The notes beneath the pieces were generated by a model. It saw only the letters and a program-made list of their open reading frames with translations. It did no database searches and was not told the origin of the DNA. Shown piece by piece: positions 1 through 10,395 of a DNA stretch of 64,000 bases; the stretch's first letter is position 1, and every line of letters begins with the position of its first letter. A program made the translations under genes and the position numbers. Location: positions 11,632,728 to 11,696,727 of the forward strand of contig OZ316894.1 in NCBI GenBank assembly GCA_973895155.1, written 5' to 3'. Origin of the DNA: Marsupella aquatica (lineage: Eukaryota; Plantae; Marchantiophyta).

Positions 1-15
1 GGGTAATTACAGGTA

Positions 16-237
16 GGTTGGATAGTCTACTGGGGTACCAGGTCTTAGTGCAGGCTCCCGGGAAGACACCTCAAGGGGTTGGATGGTCTACCGGGTCTAA
101 GTGCAGGCTCCCGGGAAGACACCTCAAGGGGGTTGGATGGTCTACCAGGTCTAAGTGCAGGCTCCGGGGAAGACACGTCAAGGGGTTGGATAGTCTACCG
201 GGTCTAAGTTCAGGCTCCCGGGAAGACACCTCAAGCA
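16..237. repeat. Tandem repeat, about 4 copies of a ~54-bp unit
   Basis: Unit ggttggatggtctaccgggtctaagtgcaggctcccgggaagacacctcaaggg restarts at about 16, 77, 131 and 184. Confidence 0.9.
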
Positions 238-503
238 CCATTTATGTACCTCTCCATGTGTATGTTACATTTTCCAATGAGTGCATGTGAAATCACTTAT
301 GCATTGCTGCAAGTGTCTTGTCAGGTCATATGCATATGTGTTGTGAATACACAAAAAATTGCACCATTTGCAAGTGCAGCTAGAGCTAGCTAAAGGACAA
401 ATGAGTAAGCACATTTCAATCTATAAGGATGCACATGCATCAATCAATTATTGCAACACAAATGTTAGAAGCATTTATTGATCATTGGCAACACAAATGT
501 TAG

Positions 504-880
504 ATTAAGGACGAAAAGCAATATCGAGGCTAATCAATGCTTCTTAGCAATGATTAGCCCGTGCGTATGCCCCTGCTGCCCGCTGTAACCGACGCTTTTA
601 TTAGGGTAAATACTATATGCAAACGGCAGTGGTCATCATTGGGTTAGAGACTCGATGGTAGAGCGTCTGAGTGGGAAGCGATAGGTCGGGGGGTCAAATC
701 CTGGCAAGTCATGATCCTTTTAACAATCACCCCACCCAAAAGTGGGGTTCATTCAAACCCTAGTGACACTTAGAAAAATAGTGTCACCATTCGCGACAAA
801 CACGGGCAGCGGGCAGGGAATGTGGGCAGTCCGGTACGGGAGGCTCTTTATGAGCCTCGAGATTGCTTTTCATGCTGAAT
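504..880. mobile_element. MITE with ~28-bp imperfect TIRs and an 8-bp TSD (hAT-like TSD length)
   Basis: Left TIR attaaggacgaaaagcaatatcgaggct (504-531); right TIR agcctcgagattgcttttcatgctgaat (853-880). Identical flanks aatgttag at 496-503 and 881-888. Confidence 0.8.
641..711 (+). other. Degenerate tRNA-derived segment (SINE-head-like)
   Basis: A-box/D-arm-like actcgatggtagagcg and B-box/T-arm-like ggtcggggggtcaaatcc at tRNA-like spacing. Acceptor and anticodon stems do not pair well. Confidence 0.5.
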
Positions 881-1805
881 AATGTTAGAAGTGTTTACTG
901 ATAAGTGCAGATGACAACTACACATGATAGTTTCATGCACTTATCTAGTCACATTGTGCCCTAGAAGATTCGGGGTATGATGAATCAGATGCATATGACC
1001 TAACAAGACACTTGCTTAAGCAATTTCACATGCACAGATTGGAAAGTGCAACATGCACATAAGAGAAGTGCATAAATGATGTATATGACATAGTGCATAA
1101 AGTGAATAAGTACAGGTTCGGGGTGTATTCCCAGGAGCCTGCACTTAGACACGATAGTATTGTGTTACCTGAATACCTGGCAAGCACCTACAGGTAGGTG
1201 GAATGAATTTTAAATACCAAGATAAATTCAATAATTCTTTTATATCATTAAATGTTATTCCTTCTATGTACTAGCCTAACTACTGGTTCGTTTGAACATA
1301 AAGATAGGTAAATACCAAAAAATCCTTACAATGTGTCCCATTACGTACACCCCCAAAGTTATACGATGGAGGCAAAGTCAGGTCTAAAGGCCTCACTCTA
1401 GACCTAGGCCATAACAGTAGGTTTCTATTGCAAATTAGTAGTAAGGTTCATCTGCAGTATATTGCCGTTGCCGTTCAGTTATCGGGACACAATGCCCAGG
1501 AGATAGCAGTGACTACTGATTGGACAATCCCTCTTGATGCCCCATAGCTTAGGACTCCTGGAGTCTCTTGGATCCCTTTCCCATGGTCCCTATGCCTATA
1601 CTGATAACCTAGAAGTGACGGAAACCAAGTTTTCACTGACACTCTGTACTACATGGAGATAAGAGCCATGTGGTAATCTGGCACATTGCTTCACATCCTC
1701 AAACCCCAAAGGGTGAGTATTAACAACATATGGGCCGGCTCGCATAGTAGTAAAGGGTTGCACAAAGAATTATGACAATTCTGGTGCCAAGCGCAATAAA
1801 TTGCT

Positions 1806-2566
1806 GTTTCAGAAACGTTGGTTGGGAAAATAAAGTTGAACATTTTGGGTATCTCGGAAGAAATTAAAACTCAGATGCAACAGTCCAAAACACTTTAATG
1901 TGAGGCAAAATGCTCCCGATGCCTACTTTTCTGTTGATATAGAAAACATGTTTTGGCTAGGTGTAAGTGAAATAGCGGAAAAAGCGCACTTAGACAACAT
2001 TGTGGCTGCGGAAAATTATGCTGTTGGATCAAGCCAGCTCGGCAGCAAGTTTAATTATCTTTTCTTCAGTTTGCAGTAGGGTTTGGTTGTCGTCCCTGCA
2101 ATGGATCTTTCGCGTTTGGGATCTTGCCTCCTGGTTGGGCGTCTTTTGTACTTTGGCAGTTTGCTATATATATTTTCACTATGGATGATCATAAGCCAGG
2201 TTACTACTAAATTATGAAAATAGCTGTTGCAAAATGTCTGCTTGCTTCTACGTCATTGTTGTCTTGCTTTCCAGACTACCGGCACCTAAACAGTCAGGTT
2301 AGCCTTGTACACTAGTCGTAACCTGGTTTTCAATCTTTGATCACAACAAGTTATTTTTAACTTATCTTCAGACTCTGGCAAGTTTTATTTTCTTGCAATA
2401 AAAAAGTTTAGTTTTTGGGTATTTGGCTTACACCTAGCCAAAACATGTGTTTGCAAACCTATTTTCAATGGAAAACACATTTTGCATTTCACCTAATACC
2501 TTTTTCATGCTGTCACCCGTTACCTCACCCAGCCATACCTTTCTAGCCCAACGGTTTTTGAAAAAC
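1806..2566. mobile_element. Inverted-repeat (foldback/MITE-like) element
   Basis: Perfect 22-bp inverted repeat acatgttttggctaggtgtaag (1946-1967) and cttacacctagccaaaacatgt (2427-2448), with weaker inverted similarity extending outward. Confidence 0.6.
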
Positions 2567-3269
2567 ACCCTATTGTCTTGGTCTCCATTTTCAATAAATT
2601 ATTATTTGCTCAAACCTAATTATGCGTCTCAATAATTATAAATCAAAGTGTGACAATATATGGTGTACTGTATCACTCTATACCATGACAAACCCAATTG
2701 TTCTATTTAAATCATTGGGTGTTATTCTAAATAGATATATAGGTGTGTGTTTTTGATGTGCAATTACTGGGACACCCTAATTACTACTATGGTTGATACT
2801 TAGTTACAACTGAACTAGGGGGATGTACTTCAAGTGAGGGTCCCATATATCCCCTTTTATTATGCTCATGATTGATTGAATCAAGTGAGTTCAAGTGATG
2901 GGACCTCAAAATCTCAAATTGGTGGTGGATGGGTGATCGTAATGGAGCATGAATACTGTTAGAGAAAACATACCCCCACAGTGTATATTAAAGAATTCAT
3001 GTTGTCAGGAAGTGGCACATAGTGAAAGAGAGCTAAAACAATTCCATATAAAGGCTACATGTGGTGGCTGATTCAACCTGAGTATTATATATCACAGTGC
3101 CAAAAGGCCAAAATGTCAAACCAGGAGACAGGGTCCAACATGCGAAACAACCCAAAAAAGAGGGGAGGGAGAGGAGGTGAAAGGGCCCCAAGAAGACCAG
3201 ATTGAGGATCCAACAAGCCAAGGAGTTCCCCGCAACAGCAAAGCTACACCAACGCCAAGAAGACTAACA

Positions 3270-4570
3270 CCCTCCTAAGCAGAGAACTGACAAGCCTGAT
3301 AGAGTTCTGGAGTAAACCTCATAGGGGGGTCGGCAAAGTGGAACCTGTTGGGAGGCCCTAAAACCTACTGCCTTGGCCCTACAAAGGAAAATGAAATCTT
3401 GGGCATGCTAAAGAACAACAAACACCCGATGTTGAAAGAAGGCGGTCAGGACAAACAAATCGGGGAAAGGCCTCCGCTCAATACAAAAAACCATATAGGC
3501 CGGAAGAAACTGGTCAAAGGTAGGGTGGAGAGCACCAAAACCCTCATAAGCAAAGGATAGAAAAGATTCCCCGGGTAGCAAAAATGCATAAGCCTCCCCC
3601 TTGAACCAGACCGCCTTGGCTGCAGCATGGCCAAGCACATGGGCTACAACCGCAACACGGCTACCCCCAATAGGATGAGCAACCACCACATCCCCAAGAG
3701 ACCAAACCCCATGCCGAGAAAAGACCAGATCATCCCGTCGCCAGTTAGGAACACCATCTTGAGGGGATGCACATGTTGTTGTTCCATGGCAGCATGGTAA
3801 CAGTCCCGAGCAATGGCAGCCACCACACCATGAATGTCATCATGTGTGACACTCCTCTTGGTCCCATGGCCACACCTGAGGATATGAACTCCAAGAGAAT
3901 CCAACGACCCTCCACAGCCATAGGTGGGTTGCCCAAGAAGACAAGGGTGAACCCCAACCAAAGGCGCAATGAAGTGGTGAAGAGAAAGGAGCTCAAACTA
4001 AAGGGGCCCCCACAAAGGACTAGTAGAAAGCCAAGCTCCAGAACCCGTTCCTGCGCAAGAGAAGAGGCAAGCCCGGACTGAGAACTTGGAGGGTGCATTG
4101 GAGAGCATGCTGGAAAGAGTGTGATGGTGAATGCGGCCAAAAATCACCTGTTGGACACAATCTGGACGTACTGTATAAAGCCACCTCCATGAGCGCGGGA
4201 ACAATGGCCTGCAGAACCTTGGTAGAAGTGAACGGGTCTGGCAAAGGCAAACCTGAAGGGGAGGACTCCTCAACCTCCATGACATGGTCAAAGAGGATGA
4301 GCTGAAGCACAATGAAACGAGAAGCAAGGGCAGGGGCCACTTGAGCCCAACTCTTGAGGAAGGCGCTTGGGGCATTGGAAATAGTCAAGGAAATACCCAT
4401 GCCATCTCCGGAAGGAGGCAGGGCAATCTGCCAAGCAACAAAAGAACCATCATCTCCATCAAAGGCTCCAGGGCCAATAAGGTGGCCAATAAGGTGTCTG
4501 AAGGTCCCTATCATAGTTGTGTCAAAGGATCAGAGCAAGGACAGAAATAGAGGGGTTCCTAGTCCCTATT
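3270..4570 (-). mobile_element. Decayed 3' portion of an RLE-type (CRE-clade-like) non-LTR retrotransposon
   Basis: Motifs in order across shifted minus frames: QIALPPSGDGMG..APSAFLKSWA, RACLFSCAGTGSGAWL, FTTSLRLWLG, zinc-knuckle-like CGGSLDSLGVHILRC..HDDI, endonuclease-like DVVVAHP, and FLSFAYEGFGALHPTFDQFL. Many frameshifts. Confidence 0.7.
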
Positions 4571-7432
4571 CATTAGATCCTATGCTTCTTTTTGGGTTTT
4601 CAATTTTAACAGACTCAAGATTCCTGGCAAGACAACAAACAAGTCAGCAAAATTGTCCAAAAAGAATAAAATTAAAACTCTTCCCAGAACTACCTGAGTG
4701 GGGGTGACTTGGACTAACTTATCTCAATTCAAATCTCATTAAAGATTTTATCAAAGAATTCTGCTCCCATCCCTCTCGGACAAGCTCAGTCACCCGTCAT
4801 AGTTGTAGAAATTATTGAAAAAAAAATGACAGAAGTATAGATCAGGGCTTTTCCCTCTTGCAAGTCAATTGTGCGTTCTTACCAGGCCAAAAACATAGTC
4901 CAACAAGAATAAAGTCTTCCTGTTGTTATTCCTCACTCTAGCTTTTTTGTCTGTTGAGCGCCCAAAACGTTTGATTCAGTTTTATTCCTTACTATAAAAG
5001 GACCATTCTAAAGCAGAGGAAAGTACAGTGAAACGTTTGTTTTATAGTAAAGTTGGGACGCCTAATGATGAGGGACTGAGGGTGCTCTTCAGTATCATCA
5101 GCACCGTATAGATACAGGTAACGGTATACAGGTACACCAGACTACGTACGCATATCCATGGGCAATAAGTTGAAGACGTCCAGCTCCATCCTTGTTGAGC
5201 TGTAGCTGAAGCTTCACCATAGTTTCACCACTGTCAAATTGCTTGCCCAGTAAAATTTCCATCCACTGGGCTTCCAAAGGAGAGAGCTGACAAATTCGTG
5301 GACACATGAGCTTTATTTTATAATCTGTGACGTCACCTATTTGGAGAAGGAATAATAACTCTCATTTCCAAATTGTGATGTCACTTTTTGTAGCAAATTT
5401 ATTATTCCTGAACACCAATTTACAGCAAACTAATGGAGACAAACCCATATTTGGGGAATTCAATGAATGTGCATGTGCGTGACCGTGACCATTTTGTGAA
5501 TTGGTCCATGACTTGTCGTCTGACGCGGACAAGGTCTTCCACATTCGAAAGTTGGTACAATTATTATTTTGTACATAAGGTTGCAAACTTGCAAAGAGTA
5601 TATAGACACACTACAAGAGAACAAACAGACATAAGTAACTACAAAAGAACAAACAGGGTCCTACAGGGAGACGGGATACCAAAGGCAACAAAACCATTAA
5701 ATGGGGGAAAGTAACGGAAATCGCAAGATGTACCCAAGAGCGAACACGCCCAGAGACCCAAAGCAATAAAACCCAATTAAGGGAGGAAAGCCCAAGAGCC
5801 AACAAGCTCAGGATCTCAAAAGCAGTAAAACCCAATGAAAAGGTGAAAACAATGGAAAGAACAAGGAAAACCCGAGAGCCAACAAAGCCCAAGCGACAGA
5901 ATGGCCAAAGAAGAGAGTCCACACCCAAGAGAGACTCCAGCTGTGAAACAATTTGCTAATGGTCACCTTCTGCTCTGAGTGCTGCTGAGAGTCTCCTCTC
6001 AAAAATGACGCCTGGGGGCGATGAACCAGCTTTGAAGTTCTTTGCTATCTCTTCTGTACTCCCATGCATTACCCGCTTTGGCGCTTTCCTTCGTCATGAA
6101 GAATCTCGGTACCGTCTACGAACTAGCTTTCATGTCTCTCATTTACTGCTCACCTCAAGCTGATCTGTTCCTACACGGCGAAGTGGCGAACGAAGGTCGT
6201 GGTGGGTACGGTAACTGCGGATGGTGACCAATTCACCACCTGCCCACCTGAACTCCTCAGTACTGAAACAGTAATGAGCCTCTGCAGTTCTGTGCGCGTT
6301 AGGAATATTGCGCGAATCTTGGCTTCATTCTCATCTGCGTGAAGAGAATGGTGACAGACAGACAGAAGCATCCGTCTTCATTCCTACGTGCTGTGAAGAG
6401 AATGGTGACAGACGCGAAATCAATCTCGTGCAGGAAGAAAACAGACTACCCACTATGTGGATTGCTCACTCCAATGTCAGAATACCTCGAATAGGGGAGT
6501 AGCTCACAGATTCACGATAACTGAGCTAACCATGTCCATGTGCAAACAGCATGGTTCACTTTACGTTGTATTCATGCAGCATGATTCCTCTTGTAGAACG
6601 ATGTAGAACGATTTATTAAAGTCGTAAAAACACTGTGTACGACCTGGACGTGCTTTTTCAGATTGCAGATTTTGGCACAGGACTTCGCAAACGAGTAGAC
6701 AATGGCCAGCATTCAGTGGTCTGCCAGATTTCTGGCAAACTACCGTACAACAGTGCAACACCCAGGCTGCGGACACAGGCATCGTTTGGACGGGACGTTG
6801 TGCACGCAGGCACAAATTCCGGGTCAGTCACATGCGTGTATAATATATGCTTTCACGATCAGCTCATGGTCCGCCAAACCCATAGTAGTCAAATGTGGCA
6901 CGAGAATAAAGTAATCTTTTCAGATTCGCTCTTCGACATTGAAACGGAGGAAAGATTTAAAGAACCCCCCAGCTACATTGTTCTCGGTTCAATAGGATTG
7001 AAATCTAATACATTATTCGCCAGCCACCGGGTCCACAATGGCTGATCATCAGGAGACCCTTCATATTCTCACCGATCATAGAACTTCGCCCCAACTAATA
7101 TCTACGCTCCAGAGACTCCAATGCTCAAGCTCTTTCAAAACAAATGTCGTTGACCAATCTGTGCTGATGATCAATGCACACTATATACAATACGAGAATA
7201 CCGCCCTGCTTGACCGGCAACATTCAAATGCTAAAATTCCAGCTGCTGGAGTTGGAGAAAAAGTCACACGGGATGACCCGGTTCTCGGGCAACAAGATTG
7301 GACCCGCTCGCCCACAGGCTAGACGACCATGAAAATCGCTCCTAGACCATCACGAGGTGCAACACTAACCTGACCTCAGCGTGTGCGACTCTTGGGAGTG
7401 CATGTGCACACGACTCTCGGTGCCTCGTCTAC

Positions 7433-8892
7433 TTATTGCACTATAACCTTATGCATGAGGAAGTCAGCATCGTTCTCCAACTTCTCCATGTGTTCGGTAT
7501 ATAGATTAATGAAAATGTTGATAGATCCAGGACCGATGTGACCGGGTAGCATGAGCACACAACCGTTGTAGGGGTTGTCGGCTGGACCTGCGAACAATGC
7601 CTTGCCGTAACCAAAGTCAGTGTCGTAGAAAGGCATCCTGAACCATCCAGCTGAGGAAACGTCATTTCCTGCCGTATTGATGGCGACCATGACGGATTCC
7701 GTTTGGTCGTCAGCCCAGGCGATCATTGACCTCATATTCTCGTTCGTCATTTTCGCCACAGCTTCTCTCACTAGATTAGCAGAAAATGACAGAGATTTAC
7801 TCAAAATCTCTCCTGCAGTAGTCTTCTTCGAAGTGAAAATGATAGCGTTTCCATAGTATCCGTCAGGTAGATTGGGCTTCAACCTTTTCCGTGCATCCAA
7901 GGTAGTGAAGAATTTCACTTCCTCGTCTCCATTGAGGTTTTTCGCTCTAATGATACTCTTCCAAGTGTGAGCTGACAGCGCCTCGAAGGTAGAGAAGGGT
8001 CTATCATTCCCTTCTGCTTGCACGCTGTTGACCTCTTCCTTAATTTTCTTCAACTGGTCGGGGGTGAATGTAAAGACCCGCTCCTTCACAGGTCTCTTCG
8101 CAGCTGTTACGGGAGGCACACCCTTTGGGCGCAGAATCAATTCGGAAGGGGGCGAAAGGGGCACTGGAGCTCCTGCGGAATTTAACAGAGTATGGTCGAA
8201 GACTGGCCTAACAGAAATAGGCTTTCCAAGTACAACCTCTGTCCAGGAGACAATGAAATTGTGAGCGGATATTCCGTCTGCTACTGTATGATGCAGAGCC
8301 ATTCCAAGTGAAAATCCTCCGCAAGCGAAAGTTGTCACCTGCCATTCACAATGGATTACAGAGTTAAAAGGGGGAAAGGTCCGACGCAGACAGTAACAAT
8401 GGGTCTACGCAATTTGAGGAAGAGCAAATGTCAGTTCCAACAGGTTACCTGCAAGAACTGGGCAGGTTGCTCCTCAATAGGCATGGAGTAATCTGCCTTC
8501 GGAGACAGCTTGTCGAAGAGAGGGTTTGGCTGAAAGCCTCCCAAATCGTCGATAGTGATATCTACAGAGGCTTCGATGAAGACAACACCTGCATCGTTGC
8601 AGTCGATCTCCAGATCGAGAGTCCCATCGCCTTTGTGCCTCACCCTTCCGGCATTCGGGTAGAAGGTGACCAACAGCTTACTCAAAGCATTCTTCAGAAC
8701 CTGCGGCGCATCCTTGTTGGATCCAGGGCTTTGCTCACCGAAGAAATAGAGAGTTCGAACATGAATCGGACGGGCGAAATGATCGCAAGCTGAGCAAGAT
8801 AGAACTTCCGGCGGTGTTGGAATCTCAGGCTTGACCAGCGTGGTTTTGTACGAGGTGATTTTCATCTTAGCAAATTGAGTTTCTGCAGCCAT
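7433..8892 (-). CDS. BAHD (HXXXD-type) acyltransferase, ~449 aa, resembling HCT/feruloyl-transferase-like enzymes
   Basis: Exons 8449-8892 and 7433-8338 joined by GT-AG intron 8339-8448 at the conserved Q position (FLQ|VTTF). Motifs FYPNAGR, HTVADG (HXXXD), YYGNA and DFGYG (DFGWG variant). Confidence 0.95.
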
Positions 8893-10368
8893 AACGAGTC
8901 ACACAGTTGAGAGCGTTATCAGTACACGAGAGCTTCCGATTATGAACTGTACTGACAACCTGACGGAGCTAACAGTCTTCCACTACCAAGTAGAGAGCCG
9001 AAGTACACATGAATGCAATCGGAAGCCTCCCGTCACTCAAACAATCGGCTGGCATCCTAATACGTAAAAAATTACAACATCTAACAGTTCGACCTGTACA
9101 ATGGCAGGAGCTGTCCAACATCTGACGGTAATGCAAGAACAAAGCAACAACAATTAGCCTGAGCATGACTCAGTTGACCAATCCGAACAACTATTCTTTG
9201 CTGAAAAGTAGAACAACCCCTCGGCGTGTAGACAATGACCAACTCAAACGTAGGTCCCACAGGATTCACTTGTACAGCGGCTACGTTGTGTCATATTAAC
9301 GAATTCCACAATGTGATACAAAGGTCTTATTCTTCGCCAGCTTCCAAGTGCATATAATCCCCTACTAGTCCAATGGCGCTGGTGGCAATGAGGTCAAAAC
9401 GGCACTGACTACAGCGTCAAACTCCTCAGGCAGTGCCTCAATGTCAACCGACTGACAGACATTACTCTCAGCACATCATGCACTCCAGGATTTAAGAACG
9501 TGAATCACGAGGGCTTACCCTGTCAAAACCGGATTTCTTCCTTCTTTCACCTCGACGCGCAGCGAGACCTCAGCAGCGAGAACCCCAGAAGACTACCAAT
9601 CACTCCTTACCTTCAAGAGCGAGAGCGAACCGAAATCTGAAGACGAGGCAATGCAGCACCTTCTTTCGCTGAAGCAAGTACACTCAGAAACACCACTCAC
9701 TGCATTAGGAGACTCCCGCAAGACTACGGCGTGGTGTCGAGGAATCGAGCAGCTGGGAACCGAACAGCAGCTTCTGAACAGTGTCCTCACTCCTCAGCTT
9801 CACATGCAGCAGTGGAAATCCCGGGAACAGCTTGCAGAGTTGCAGCTCCGATGCTGGGAGAGATAGTTGAAGTAAGGTCGTGTCAGCTGGCGGCGGCAAG
9901 GTCCTACCCACTACTAATATTACTGTTCACGAGACCGCTAGTCGGGAGTCAGAGTCACGCGACTGGGAGAAGAGAAGAGAAGAGAAGAGGAGAGAGTTAG
10001 AGTAGAAGGTTTTGTGGGGAAAAGAACAACTCTCGAGGCTCGAGGCTCGAGCTACAGAGCACGATTTTGCAAGTGAGCTAGAAGGGCGCGGCTTATCAAG
10101 GGTCAGGTGCGGCTGAGTTGGAATGGCGAGGCAGATGACGAGGGGAGGAATGGAAATTGGACAGCGAGCGGGAAGCTGGAGCTGAGTGATGAGCGAGCGA
10201 GAGCGAGCGAGAGAGAGGATCATCGAGGAGAACGGCAGTGTCGTGGCGGAGGTGGGGCCGGCCCTTCAAGAGGTGGAGCAGCTCGAGGGCGGTCCGCGAA
10301 GGAAAGGAGGGGGCGGACCGTCTGTCCTGTTGGTCTTGTTGGCCGACGGGCTAACACGCATGCACGCA

Positions 10369-10395
10369 CGGACGGACGGACGGACGGACGGACGG
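10369..10395. repeat. (GACG)n microsatellite
   Basis: ggacggacggacggacggacggacgg. Nearby (GAAGA)n at ~9968-9990 and (GAGC)n at ~10190-10210 lie in the probable 5' region of the BAHD gene. Confidence 0.85.

Larger units (their letters stand above)
190..1165. mobile_element. Foldback or long-TIR non-autonomous element (left end may extend to or beyond the window start)
   Basis: About 190-345 is the approximate reverse complement of about 988-1150, e.g. gtctaagtgcaggctcccgggaagacacc vs ggtgtattcccaggagcctgcacttagac, and caagtgtcttgtcaggtcatatgcat vs atgcatatgacctaacaagacacttg. Confidence 0.7.

Noticed and set aside
16-237. CRISPR-like array, and the 90-aa ORF 18-290
   Set aside because: Units repeat in full with no unique spacers, the context is eukaryotic, and the ORF is just the translated repeat.
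641-711. Functional tRNA gene
   Set aside because: Acceptor and anticodon stems do not pair and the T-loop is altered; kept only as a tRNA-derived segment.
5098-5307. 69-aa minus-strand ORF
   Set aside because: No recognisable domain or supporting exon structure.
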